From the NCBI RefSeq assembly GCF_006345805.1, contig NC_043008.1, positions 61,008,001-61,072,000 of the forward strand: 64,000 nucleotides of DNA, in the 5' to 3' direction. Within the stretch, counting starts at the first letter, position 1, and each line of letters begins with the position of its first letter. The stretch comes from Octopus sinensis (lineage: Eukaryota). The notes under the pieces are model-generated. The model saw nothing but the letters and a program-made list of their open reading frames with translations. It had not been told where the DNA came from and ran no database searches. Positions 11,601 to 24,248 of this stretch are shown piece after piece. The position numbers and the translations under genes were made by a program.

Positions 11601-12114
11601 AAAAAGGAATATGCATGTATATACAGGTATGCATGTGTATTTTTGTTTGTGTAAATGCGAATGTGCATGTCTATGGCCTAGGCAGAAGTAATAACGAATA
11701 AATTAATTGAAAAAACGTCCAAAAGAAGGAAAACCGGATAGCTAATGTTAATATTCTTGTGGTCGTATAAATAAACAATCAAAGAAAGTTTACTGCAATT
11801 ATTTACCGCCAGTACATACCAAAAACTTCAAATGCCATAGTGGAATTAAGTAAAAACGGACGAACTTTTGAGCGAAATTATAAACAAAAGTAAATTATAA
11901 ATAAAAACAAAACATAAACGAAAATTAGAGACAGCAATTTAGTAGGAATGGTGATCAAAATTACCATTTGTAGTGTGATGCGTTCAAACATGATAGCAGA
12001 AATAAAGAAAAAATTACACACCCACGTTCCATTTCAGTGTATCCAAATATAGAACACACGAAGTGAAGTACACGCTCACACAAACACATGTATTTATATG
12101 GGAATGTGTGTGGT

Positions 12115-12259
12115 TGTATATATATATATTATATATATATATATATATATGTGTACATACATATAAACATATCTAAAAATTTCTACATATATATATATGT
12201 GTGTGTGTGTGTATATGTTTATATATGTACATATATATAAACATATCTAAAACCCTCTA

Positions 12260-12345
<86 letters not shown>

Positions 12346-12370
12346 ATATATATATATATATAATATATAT

Positions 12371-12438
<68 letters not shown>

Positions 12439-12502
12439 CATATATATATATGTATACATGTATATATATGTACATACATATAAACATATCTAAAACTCTC
12501 TT

Positions 12503-12541
<39 letters not shown>

Positions 12542-12680
12542 TACCTTATATGCTCAGATATGCACACACATACCACACTTATGTATACACATGCATACAT
12601 GCACATATATGTATACGCACACACACACACACACATACATATATATACATGTGTCTATATATATATATGTGTTTGTGTAT
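12115..12680. repeat. (TA)n-dominated microsatellite with three copies of tacata(c/t)atataaacatatctaaaa
   Basis: Motif visible near 12153, 12226 and 12470. Confidence 0.9.
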
Positions 12681-13312
12681 GTATGTGTGAAGATAATTTG
12701 CTGTGTTGTAATCTAAAACAACGAAATAGTGAGTAGCAAGTAGTAATTAAGCTAACGCAATACGATGGACTAATTATCGTACAAGCGAATGTGCTGCCAA
12801 TAATAAATGGGGGAAACGCAATCGGTAAAATCAGCGATAATACCAGAAACAATAAATACGGTTGGCAAGACAAGGAAATGCGATGGGTGTTGTTCTAGAG
12901 ATGTTTACTTCATTGAAGAAGACTGCGAACAACTATAAAATAAGTAACTTTCCTGTATTAACTGTCTGTTTTTGAATACATAGACGTTTCGTCGTTGTTT
13001 TGTATTTGTTTTAAGTTTTAAGGGCGATATTTTGTACAGTAAATTATTTGTTTGATGATATAGGATGTTGCTTTCGTCGTCGAATGAATATTAAACAAAT
13101 TAAAAGTGAATAGGATAAAGAGAGTGGGTAATAAATATAGGAGTGAAAACAATTAAGTCACAATAGTTTTAGTGGTTCGTGAATGCCGAGTTTTAAGTTG
13201 CAGTATTATAAGTTTTACGGGATATTGTTCTGTTTCAATGTATTAGTGCTGAAATACTTTTGAAACTGTCTGCATTAACTTTTGGTTGATAACATATATT
13301 CTTAATTTGATA

Positions 13313-13771
13313 TACTCTTTCACTCTTCTACTTGTTTCAGTCATTTGACTGTGGCCATGCTGGGGCACTGCCTTTTAGTCGAGCAAATCGACCACAGGAC
13401 TTATTCTTTGTAAGCCTAGTACTTATTCTATAGGTCTCTTTTGTCGAACCACAATATTACGGGGACGAAATACACCAGCATAGGTTGTCAAGCGATGTTG
13501 GGGGGACAAACACAGACACATACACACACGCGCGCGCGCGCGCACACACACAAGCACAGACATACACACACACACACTCTCACACACACACACACACACA
13601 TAGTTATGCATATATACGACGGGCCTCTTTCAGTTTCCGTCTACCAAATCTACTCACAAGGCTTAGGTCGGCCCGAAGCTATAGTAGAAGACACTTGCCC
13701 AAGGTACCATGCAGCGGAACTGAACCCAAAACCATGTGGTTCGTAAGGAAGCTACTTACCACACAGCCACT
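13313..13771 (-). mobile_element. SINE family A, internal array contains (CG)n
   Basis: Reverse complement of the 5925-6341 structure. Confidence 0.9.
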
Positions 13772-13834
13772 CAATAAAGTAATGTATGTGCCCTGGACAT
13801 TATTGCCACGGCTCTTAGTACTCATAGAGCCGGT

Positions 13835-14050
13835 TGCCTAGTTCCCATGGAACATAAGTCCCGGAGATAAACTCATTTCTCCTGGACGGTACATTAGCCC
13901 CTCGCAGTATCACTGATTTACAGTTGAGTGAACTAGAGCAAAGTGAAACGAAGTGATTAGCTCAAGAACACATCACCCTGCACGGTTTGCAAATCGAAGC
14001 ACGATCTCCTGATTGCGACTGCAACACTCTAATCAATAGATAACGCGCCC
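13835..14050 (-). mobile_element. Old degenerate family D-like SINE
   Basis: gagtgaactagagcaaagtgaaacgaagtgattagctcaagaacac resembles the reverse complement of the family D core. Confidence 0.45.
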
Positions 14051-14801
14051 TGGCAGCTTTACTATACTGTCGGATCTATTTAGTGTATTGTGTTGATTAT
14101 AACCTATCCCTTCCAATAGAAAATAAGTTCATTTACAAATATATTCAATACTTTACAATATTTTAGCAACAACTTTTAAGATGCAGGGCAACTAACATCT
14201 CTTTTACCCTTCAAGTTGCCTGACATGCTAAGATATATCTCAGTGAAGAATTGTGTCCTTACTTCGATATTTGTTGCTTTTGGGGGCAAAAATACACCAT
14301 CAATCATTATTAAAATTACTCAAGGGCTCTGGTGACAGGAATATTAGAACACCGACTCAAGTGTGGCGCCATAAATATTAGAATGTCGGCTTGATAATCT
14401 TATGGTATTTAATGGAGTCCATTTAATTTCACTTCCATCTTCAATTACAACCATTGACTAATAGTTGTCAATATTGTCTAAATCGTCCATCAACAGAACA
14501 GCTATAAAAATTTATTGAAGTATATGGAATACAGAATACACAACTCAAAACATAATTTCCATCTTTTATGAACAAGCTTTTGCGACCACAGAACTATCAA
14601 AACCAAAAAAATACCTCGGTAAAGACTAATGTCACGATAATATTAATGATTTTGGATAAATTATTTCTTATTGCGTCTATACAGTTATAAAATGTGTTGC
14701 TTGTAGTGAGGGAACATTCTCATAGAATTATTTAGAAATAGGGTTGGCGAATCACGAAATATTATGCAATGTGAGTTGCAATGATATATATATATATATA
14801 T

Positions 14802-14846
<45 letters not shown>

Positions 14847-15440
14847 ATATATAAATAAAACAACCGAATAAGAATGTAACGAACGACAATAAAAACATGC
14901 GGACAGATAGACGATACAAAGACGGACAGGGAAAACTAGGACGGATCATCTGTAGCCTTCTGTTCATCAGTCAAGTCTCGAATAATCATTACAGTTTCGG
15001 CCTATTACACTTGAGACTGTTCAAAATTGGTTGGCCCAAAAAATCTAAGCTAAGTGCATTAATTTTTTTGGAAGAAAGGAGGTGAATCTGTAGGGCATAA
15101 CAGACAAAAAACCTGAAAACGGAGAAAATGTTACATGATTAGAAATACAAACAACAAGAAAATAACAACAGGTATCGTTTGTCTCACAAGGACTGGCACA
15201 AACAAAGATGGAATCAGGTGACAGGAAAATATTCGTGATGCTGGCGTACTCCACTTTTCCTTGTGACATCGCACCGTCCAGCGCCTAACGCATAATATGA
15301 TACAAATTTTGGCCGACTAGCAATCAAAGAATCATCCGAATGTTGGTTTTATACTCGTTGTTAGAATAAAGAGAAAGTTTTACTTGATCGTTTTTTAAAA
15401 CTTGTAATGTATAGCGATGTAACTATTTACCAAAATAATT

Positions 15441-15748
15441 CTTGTTGCTTGTGCCTTCTCGGGCCATGCCTGGCTCATCAGGGCCAGTTTCCCGGTTTCC
15501 TTGGCGTATAGGTTCCCCACCTGGATAGGACTCCAGTCCGTCGCAGGTGAACTTCAGGATGCAGGAGGAAAGAGTGAGAGAATGCTGTGGCGAAAGAGTC
15601 AGCAGAATTTCGCTATTACCTTCTGCCGGAGCCGCGTGGAGCTTAGGTGCTTCGCTCATAAACACACACATCACCCGGTCTGAGATTCGAACCCGCGATC
15701 CCTCGACCGCGAGTCCGCTGCTCTAACCACTAGGCCATGTGCCTCCAC
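15441..15748 (-). mobile_element. tRNA-derived SINE with the head of the 41.1-kb family and the tail of family D
   Basis: Reverse complement gtggaggcacatggcctagtggttagagcagcggactcgcggtc..gggttcgaatctc (A/B boxes); tail cctgcgacggactgg..gagccaggcatggcccgagaagg. Confidence 0.85.
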
Positions 15749-16165
15749 ACAGTTATTCTATGATATTTCAAAAGAGCTTTCGCAAATTTACTAATTTTAC
15801 CAACTCATGCTCCATAATTAATGATATTTATAACCCAGACAAAAGAAGTGAGCGACAGAATGAGATAGAGAGTGGGGAAGGAAGAGATGTAGAATGACGA
15901 CTGTGGTTAATCAACTTCAAATATGCTGCTTGATTACTACATTTTTTATTGACTCACCTTAGTGGGGCTAGAAATCTGAGATAATACTATTCGAATTAAC
16001 TAAATAACACAACGCGATATTCCTTCCCAACGCTATTACGAGTTTGTATTACCCTCACCCCACGTCCGCATAACGCTAGTATCGGTTCTAATATTAAAAA
16101 AAACCCAAGGTCAGAATTTTAGGGAAAGTAGAACGTTTGGTTATGAGTACATGAGTGGTACTAAG

Positions 16166-16582
16166 GTGGTTAGGTGGCAGAATCGTTAGCACGCCGGGCG
16201 AAATTCTTAGCGGTATTACGTCTGCCGTTACATTCTGAGTTCAAATTCAGCCGAGATCGAGTTTGCCTTTTATCCTTTCGGGGTCGATTATAAGTACCAG
16301 TTAAGCACTGGGGTCAATATAATCGACTTAATCCGTTTGTCTGTCCTTGTTTGTCCTCTCTGTGTTTAGCCACTTGTGGGTAGTAAAGAAATAGGTATTT
16401 CGTCTGCCGTTACGTTCTGAGTTCAAATTCCGCCGAGGTCAACTTTGCCTTTCATCCTTTCGGGGTCGATAAATTAAGTACCAGTTTCGCAATGGGGTGG
16501 ATGTAATCGACTTAATCCGTTTGTCTGTCCTTGTTTTTCCACTCTGTGTTTAGCCCCTTGTGGGTAGTAAAGAAATAGGTAC
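16166..16582 (+). mobile_element. SINE family B dimer with 16-bp TSD
   Basis: TSD GTACATGAGTGGTACT at 16147-62 and 16579-94; same head + 2-unit layout as 11141. Confidence 0.9.
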
Positions 16583-18172
16583 ATGAGTGGTACTTTTATG
16601 TCCAACCACGAAATATATAGTTCTTAGCTGAGGTCGGTGGGAACAGAACTGTAAATAAGTAGTGTAAAAACAGAATTGGACTTTATAAATAATGGTAAAT
16701 ATTTTTGACACTGTTGCATGCGATGAAGATCCACCCATTCACATTTTCTTTCCTTTTCTCGGAGGTCACATTGTACCCAGCAGCGATATGACAAGTTCAA
16801 TTTACTAAAAGCATTATCCTGAAAACATTTTAGTAATGGCAATTCGAGTGTAATACATATTAAGAGCTTTAAATGCTCGTAGGTTACGTTACAGAGGGAA
16901 AAGTAATCTGAATCATCTCTCAAGGTATAAAGTGATATATAATCTGCACATCAATATCATTAGAGTTTCCTTGAATTGTGTCGATAAATTAACGGAAAGT
17001 ATTTTTAGTATCTCTTTGCCGTACAGACAGGGAATTATTCCTTAAGATGTATTTCCAAATAATTAAATCGTAGGCGAAACAATATTATTGTTAGTTGGAT
17101 TGAACGGAATATCTCTTCCGGATTTATGCAAATGCTAGTAACTTACTTGAAATTTTAGGATGCAACTGAAAGTTTTAATTAATATATGCCTTTAAATAGT
17201 GCATACAATACCATGCCAACTCACTTTTAGGCAGGATTTAAACTAAATACAGCAAGCTAACGAAACATTAAACAATTACGCAGCATTTAAGCAGCTTACA
17301 GCGATTATCTGCACTTCCCCAGGGTATAGAAGAATGAGCTGGCAAGCTGAAATGTATTTAATAATTAACATTTTGGCATTAGTAACATTATAAAGAGAGT
17401 GCTACCATATCTTACTTGACCGACTGTGATAGTTCTTGAAATCTGTGGGCTGTAGAAACTCTTTTGGCAAAAGTGGCGAACGAATTTATAGTAAGTTAAG
17501 AAGTTCCGAATATCCAATGCACAAGACTGAAATTCATAATTCGAAATCAATTGCGACCTCTTAAGTAAGTCTGTAAAGAATTCTTAACATCTTAAGATCT
17601 TTAAATGAAGATAAAGTATTATGTATAGCAACACGTCCGCAGAACGTTCGTTTTACTCTAACGTATGAATTAAATCAGTAAATAAACGTTATTTGCTTAA
17701 GAAGTGTATAAAAATACTGAATAAATAACACATACTAACACCAAAGCAATAAAAGAGAAAAGGTAACATTATTCATTACGATTATTTGTGTAGAATAAAT
17801 AAGGTATAAAAAATATTGGAAAGAACAGAACCAATATGTTTGATGAATATTGTAATATAAAAGGGATGAAGGCTTTTTATTTGTGGATAGTGCAGTATTT
17901 AGAATTATTCAGTGTCAATAAATATAACTAATAAGAATGCAGGCTATATTATCGTTTCTGCTTAATGTATAGATTTAACCAAATGATTGATCTCGCCTTT
18001 AAACATTGTACATAAAGCAAAACACACAGAATTACAGACACATGTATAGATAATATCAAGTAGACACACCCATCAGACTTACGTTTACATACATATCTCA
18101 TAATGCAATATATATTTTTTCATATTCCCCCTGTGTGTGCCTTTCTCTCCCGCTCTCTGTCTGTCTGTCTGT

Positions 18173-18208
<36 letters not shown>

Positions 18209-18300
18209 TTCTCTGTATATATATATATATATATATATTTATATACCACCAAAATCCCGGATCGAAACTGATGTAGAGGGAAATTTCCTGGTTTGACCAC

Positions 18301-18700
18301 TAGGCGCAGAAGTGGCTGTGTGATAAGTAGCTTGCTAACCAGCCACATGGTTCCGGGTTCAGTCCCACTGCTTGGCATCTTGGGCAAGTGTCTTCTGCTA
18401 TGGCCCCGGGCCGACCAATGCCTTGTGAGTGGATTTGGTAGACGGAAACTGAAAGAAGCCTGTCGTATATATGTATATATATATTTATGTATGTGTGTCT
18501 GTGTTTGTCCCCCTAGCATTGCTTGACAACCGATGCTGGTGTGTTTACGTCCCTGTCAACTAGCGGTTCGGCAAAAGGGACCGATAGAATAAGTACTGGG
18601 CTTACAAAGAATAAGTCCCGGGGTCGAATTGCTCGACTAAAGGCGGTGCTCCAGCATGGCCGCAGTCAAATGACTGAAACAAGTAAAAGAGTAAAAGAGA
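18301..18700 (+). mobile_element. SINE family A
   Basis: taggcgcagaagtggctgtgtg ... gactgaaacaagtaaaagagtaaaagag. Confidence 0.9.
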
Positions 18701-19659
18701 GTAAAGTAAGAGAGGATTGTGACAGATGAAAGAGGAGAAGAAGCGACATGAAATCTTTAGCCGAAAAAGACCAGTTTGCCGAGTAGGTAGATCTAAGCTG
18801 AAAATCGTTGATATGCTAGTTCGATTCACAGACCGTGTGACAAACTTCTTTTATTTTGTTTTCACCAAAAAAAACACCCAATTCATGTTGCTTCATCTCT
18901 TCCGTCCTCTCTGGGTTTTGATGATAGTATCGAGATACAGAGAGGGAGAGAGAGTAGAGATGAAAGATCGTGCATGGTTGCAAGAGAAGGAATCTTCGAA
19001 AGCCCATTCTATCAGTTGTGATTGACAGTTGGAATTTGAAGAATTATAAATCCATTGGTATATGGGATACATGCACGTATTAGACGGAAGAAGAGTGCAA
19101 CGGATAGATGTTACAAATTGCGTTGTTTAGTACAAGAAAATTAAAATTCTTGCGAGTCCCACACAATTTAGTTTTTTTGGCATTCTATAACCTACGCAAG
19201 TACATCGTTCACATCTTTTTTAAACACTCCTATTTTTCCCCTTCCTACTCCACTATTCCCTTATGTCTAACAAGTCCTCAACTTTAGCTTGCCAACATTC
19301 ACACACACCCTAACACACAAACATACGTCACCATTGCCGCGCCCATTTTACAGTTCATTCTTCACGCTAAAAGTCTACATTTTCCGTTCACCGTTTCCTT
19401 CTGTATTTTGCATCATATACAGGACTAATATCAAAACATTCTCAGTCATTTAATTCCATTTATGAATTAACATATTTTCATGAAAAATTCTTACATCTTT
19501 CTAGATACAGTAGCCAGTTTTTCAGAATAATATTATATGTTTTTACTTGTTTTGTTTAAATTATCTGCCATCACCGAAATGATGTGTATTCTCTATATTG
19601 TCAACATTTGTTAAAAGCGACCAAGGTTATTGAGTTCAAATTCTAGCACAAGGTCAACA

Positions 19660-19875
19660 ATTCCGTGGAGAGTCTAAGTCGAATATATCGACCCATGTAT
19701 TCAACTTGTACTTATTTTATCGTCCAAGTAAGGATGAATAGCAAAGTCGACTTCGGCGGAATTTGAATTCGGAACGCAAAGTCAGACGAAATGATGCTAA
19801 GCATTTGGGGTTTGGGGTTCTAATATAGCAATACACACACACAACACACGCGCGCGCGCATGCACGCACGCACAA

Positions 19876-19908
<33 letters not shown>

Positions 19909-20286
19909 AGGACAGACAAACAGATTAAGTCGATTATATCGACCCCAGTGCGTAACTGGTACTTAATTTATCGACCCCGAAAGGATGAACGGCAAAGTCG
20001 ACCTCGGCGGAATTTGAACTCAGAACGTAACGGCAGACAAACGGCGTGCTAACGATTCTTATTTCTTTATTAACCACAAAGGGCTAAACATAGAGAGGAT
20101 AAACACAGACAAACGGATTAAATCGATTACATCGACTCCAGTGCGTAACTGGTTCTTAATTTATCGACCCCGAAAGGATGAAAGGCAAACTCGACCTCGG
20201 CGAAATTTGAACTCAGAACGCAGCGGCTGACGAGATACCACAAAGCATTTCGCCCGGTGTGCTAGCGATTCTGCCAACTCACTGCC
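19660..20286 (-). mobile_element. Cluster of SINE family B copies (old copy 19660-19806; dimer-like copy 19905-20286)
   Basis: Repeated ggtacttaatttatcgaccccgaaaggatgaa..gtcgacctcggcggaatttgaactcagaacg. Confidence 0.85.
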
Positions 20287-20639
20287 TTCATTCTCCTCAT
20301 CTTTGTTTCTTTACAAACTATTATCTTTCTTTCTTCACAAACTATTTATTTCTCACTTTCTCACTTATACTTCCCTCTTTCTTTCTTTTTTCTTTCTTTC
20401 CTTCTTTCTATCTTTCTATCTTTCTTTCCTTCTTTCTTTCTTTCTTTCGTTCGTCCTTTCTTTCCTTCTTATAAAGCAACGTGTGTGTATACCTGTGAGT
20501 GTGTTTGTGAGTGTGTGTGCGCGCACGCGTGTAAGGAGGTTTGCTTTCATGTGCAAGTTAGCATTGCTATAATAACCAATCTACTGCAAGTATTTCTGTT
20601 CTGTTGTTAATAACGAATATGGTTACTGTGAGTTTCCCA

Positions 20640-20900
20640 TTGTAACGTACCTAGCAGCCGACAGAAAACTAGAATCATGAGTGTGGCATTTCCACAGGCA
20701 ATTTATTAAACGGTCAGCTAAAGCATCAGTAGGGATGCACTCTCTGATTTGGATGAACATCAGTCAGGTGCTACTTGTAATATATGATCCACAGCATTTA
20801 CTACATGAGATTTTATACAACACGTTGAACTGCAGATATACGTTCTCAATACTGATCCGAGTAACGTGCAAATGACCTTGTGCGGTGGTCTGTTTTTAGT
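20640..20900 (-). mobile_element. Second, more decayed Penelope-like GIY-YIG remnant
   Basis: My translation of a minus frame: NVLYKISCSKCCGSYITSST*LMFIQIRECI (20734-20826), resembling NVVY.I.C..C...YIG.T.R.L..RI.EH. Confidence 0.5.
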
Positions 20901-21854
20901 TAGGAACCTACTTAGAAAATGTCTGAAGTGTGCGATTCGTACGTTGAGTCTCTCTGCGGGCCACCCGGTAGTTTACTATAATTCTTGTCTTATTAAATCT
21001 TTGTCTCCATTCATTTCATGTTAGTGATTTAATGACAAGATACAACTTGATATAGAAGCTAAATTTGCTGAACAGTATACCAACTAATACGAATATCGGT
21101 TTTGAAGCCCTACTCCCTCACCATCCACGAAACACTATTTCTAAATTCGTCTACTAAACTCCTCAGCTAACATCAAACTTAACGTTAAGCTTACGAAAGT
21201 TAAAATTCCATTTTCAACAACTTACGAAAATATTACTCTTCCATTCTATATCGCTATAGATCCAAATACCTCATTTTATAAAAACCTTTTATAAAACCCC
21301 ACAAAACAACTTACATATTTACCTTCAGAGTAAGAGAAAGAATTCTGCATTCTAGATAAGAGTAAGTACGACGATTTAGAATTCAGGCACTTAAACAACA
21401 CTGCATTATGATGAAAAATCCATACCATCACATGTTACCTGCTCGAAGCTGCCAGAAACACCGGTTTGACGAACGTCTGCAAAGATAGAGGAGCGCGAGC
21501 AAAATTAAGTACAACTTCAGCAGACAAACACTAAAATTCCCACCTACAATCATCTCATAAAAACACGCAAATTGGGCCTAAAACTGAAACATTTTACCTA
21601 TTGTGCACCACCGAACGCTTCTACGAATTTTTTTCTTTTCTATATAGCATTCTCGGAGGAATTTAATGCTTCTTAGAAAATAGTCAATGCTCTACCGAAA
21701 TCAGTAATGGAGTGAAGACCCCAAACCACTATCCATATTTAGAAGAAAAAGACCATTTAACCTGTTAACTTACGTGGTTTTTCCCTGTACACTACTGTCC
21801 AGAAGCATTTCGCCCGGCGTACTAACGGTTCTGCCAGCTCACCGACTTAATGAT

Positions 21855-21875
21855 GATGCTAATAATAATAATAAC

Positions 21876-21909
<34 letters not shown>

Positions 21910-21924
21910 TTAATAATAATAATA

Positions 21925-21956
<32 letters not shown>

Positions 21957-22114
21957 AATAATAATAATAAATCTATTACCTCCACTCCATTGGTACTTAT
22001 TTATCGACCCCAAACGAATGAAAAGTAAATACCGCAGCAGCATTTGAACTCATAACTTACTGGCAGACAAAATACGGCTAAGCAGAAAGATTCGATTCTG
22101 CTGCGTTGTCAATT

Positions 22115-22146
<32 letters not shown>

Positions 22147-22161
22147 ATAATAATAATAATA

Positions 22162-22195
<34 letters not shown>

Positions 22196-22285
22196 AATAC
22201 TACTACTGTTGCTGCCGCTGCTGTTGCTGCTGCTGCTGATGATAATGATGATGATGATGGTGACGTTGATACTAATAATGATAAC
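21855..22285. repeat. Trinucleotide arrays (AAT)n, (GAT)n, (CTA)n, (CTG)n flanking family B SINE fragments (21805-21846, 21975-22100, minus)
   Basis: Directly visible. Confidence 0.85.
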
Positions 22286-22939
22286 GTGAGAAAGGGGAGG
22301 AGATCACAGAAAATGAGAAAAATATGAAGATGTAAACGAAAAATAGACGAATAATTAGTAGGGGAGGACATGGAAGGAAAATAGTTTACTTGAAAAGGAA
22401 GAAGAAACGATATATTTAAACATAAATGTGATAGCGGATGCTTGCGTCAGTATTTCACCGGAAAAATATAAGTGGATTAAATTCTTCAGGTTTAATAACT
22501 TCTTTAAGATTATTAAAGCAATATCCCATATATTTCTCTTTCAGTCATAGTCCTCTGGGACCACTGAAACAAGTCCGGATGAAGTTCTGATGTCTAATAT
22601 ATATAAGCTACCCACGATACTCGAGATATATTTTCTCCATTTATATGTGAACAGTATAAATAGTTAATATAAGATAGTGAACTTGTAGGTCCGAACGTAG
22701 ACACGCAACAAAGAAGCTCTGAAAGCGAGCTTGAATTTCTGAGTTCACTCTAAGTGCTCCTAGGGTATGTCTTCTCCAAATTGTTCTCGATTTCACGAAT
22801 GCATTTTCATTACATGCATACATACGATACTAATACACAAACGCACACATTCACAAGCAGAAAAAAACATACGTATATAAACGTATGAAGCTATATAAAT
22901 ATACATACAAATATACACGTACGCATGCATACATTCTTT

Positions 22940-23013
<74 letters not shown>

Positions 23014-23101
23014 TATATATAAGTGTGTATATACGTGTTTTTATACATTTGTGTGTGTATATACAAGTATACACAAGTACATACACACAAACACACACAC
23101 A

Positions 23102-23593
23102 TACAAAGTATGGTGAATAAATCGTCGTCTAAATAACGCAGAATTGAAAATAACACTGACACCTCATTTTAATAGATATATTTACCAAAATTACATAAAT
23201 TGTTTTTTTATATACTAAAGAGGAAATTTATTCAATAAAATCGCCATTGGCTTCAACCATGGCCTCCAGACGACTTCGAAATCTCCCGCAACTGTTCTGG
23301 ACCATCTCCTTGTTTAAGTTGATGAATTCTGCCTTTATTCTTGCCTTCAGTTCAACCTTACGTGCTGTACATGTTCTCAGATTGCATTGTTCTCAAATTG
23401 ACACGCAACCACCTTGAAATATTGGTACTGGAACTACCGGCACGAATGCCAAACAGCACAGCGTCATGGTGCATTTTCTCACAGATGGTGCCCAACTGAC
23501 CTTATTATAATGTGTAGCTGACAAAATCAAAAACAAACATGTGCGCGCATGCGCGAAATTAAACAAGTTTACATGGAGACAATTTACCCACGC
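23102..23593 (-). mobile_element. Internally deleted Tc1/mariner derivative (copy 1)
   Basis: N-terminal HDAVLFGIRAGSSSTNISRWLRVNLRTMQ joined directly to C-terminal KVELKARIKAEFINLNKEMVQNSCGRFRSRLEAMVEANGDFIE*; catalytic core absent. Confidence 0.7.
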
Positions 23594-23671
23594 ACACACA
23601 CACACATACATATATGATAGATCGCTAGCCACTAAACCTTTTTGATTTTCTCTTTCTCTTTATTTCTGTGT

Positions 23672-23710
23672 TCTTTTCTGTTGAAGAGCGTTGGCTCGAA
23701 ACATAAAAGA
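23672..23710 (+). ncRNA. Variant/degenerate minimal hammerhead-like motif (CUGUUGA core), copy 1
   Basis: TCTTTT-CTGTTGA-A-GAGC(GTTG)GCTC-GAAA-CAT-A-AAAGA: stem II GAGC/GCTC, stem I TTTT/AAAG; A6 changed to U and stem III ACAT is not self-complementary. Confidence 0.35.
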
Positions 23711-23850
23711 CTTTCACACTTCTCGAACGTTAAACTAATACATCTGTTTGTTGTTGTTTAAAAACCGTCTTTGTCTTTTGTTTTTTCGTAAATCTTCACT
23801 ATATATATTTGTACATATACAACATACATACACATATATATATATATATA

Positions 23851-24086
23851 TATAAAATATTATTAGAGACAAAACCACTATTTTGCAAAACAAACAAGGA
23901 AAACTTAATCAATACATAAAATTTTAATATTTATTAAAATTTAATGTATTGATAAGTCTTTCCTGTTTGTTTTGCAAAATAGTGGTTTTGTCTCTAATAA
24001 TATTTTATAATATTTTACTATAAAATTGGATTAATCCTAAATCTGATTTTTTTTTCCCTGTAAATTTGGATTTATTCCCTAATATT

Positions 24087-24090
<4 letters not shown>
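23851..24090. mobile_element. (TA)n-anchored foldback element, ~78-bp arms plus unique flank (copy 1)
   Basis: aaaatattattagagacaaaaccactattttgcaaaacaaac ... gtttgttttgcaaaatagtggttttgtctctaataatatttt; unique part ends tttattccctaatatttatt(TA)n. Confidence 0.75.
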
Positions 24091-24159
<69 letters not shown>

Positions 24160-24248
24160 TATATATAAGTGTGTATATACGTGTTTTATATACATTTGTG
24201 TGTGTATATACAAGTATACACAAGTACATACACACAAACACACCCACA

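Noticed and set aside
15455-15485. CTGATGAGCC..GGC on the minus strand as a hammerhead
   Set aside because: Followed by CCGAGAA, not GAAA; homologous tails at 10770 and 34410 lack CTGA, so it is a SINE tail stem-loop.
11141-16594. Regularly repeated ~185-bp units as a CRISPR or satellite array
   Set aside because: No unique spacers and no cas genes in eukaryotic context; these are TSD-bounded SINE dimers.
19150-19550. Faint AP-endonuclease-like words (GD..NVG..G.G) on the minus strand
   Set aside because: Many stops and too little identity to call without a profile search.
22440-22800. CTGAAGA..GAAA on minus (22450-22490) and exon-like splice signals on plus
   Set aside because: No stems I-III for a ribozyme; all frames of the putative exons contain stops.
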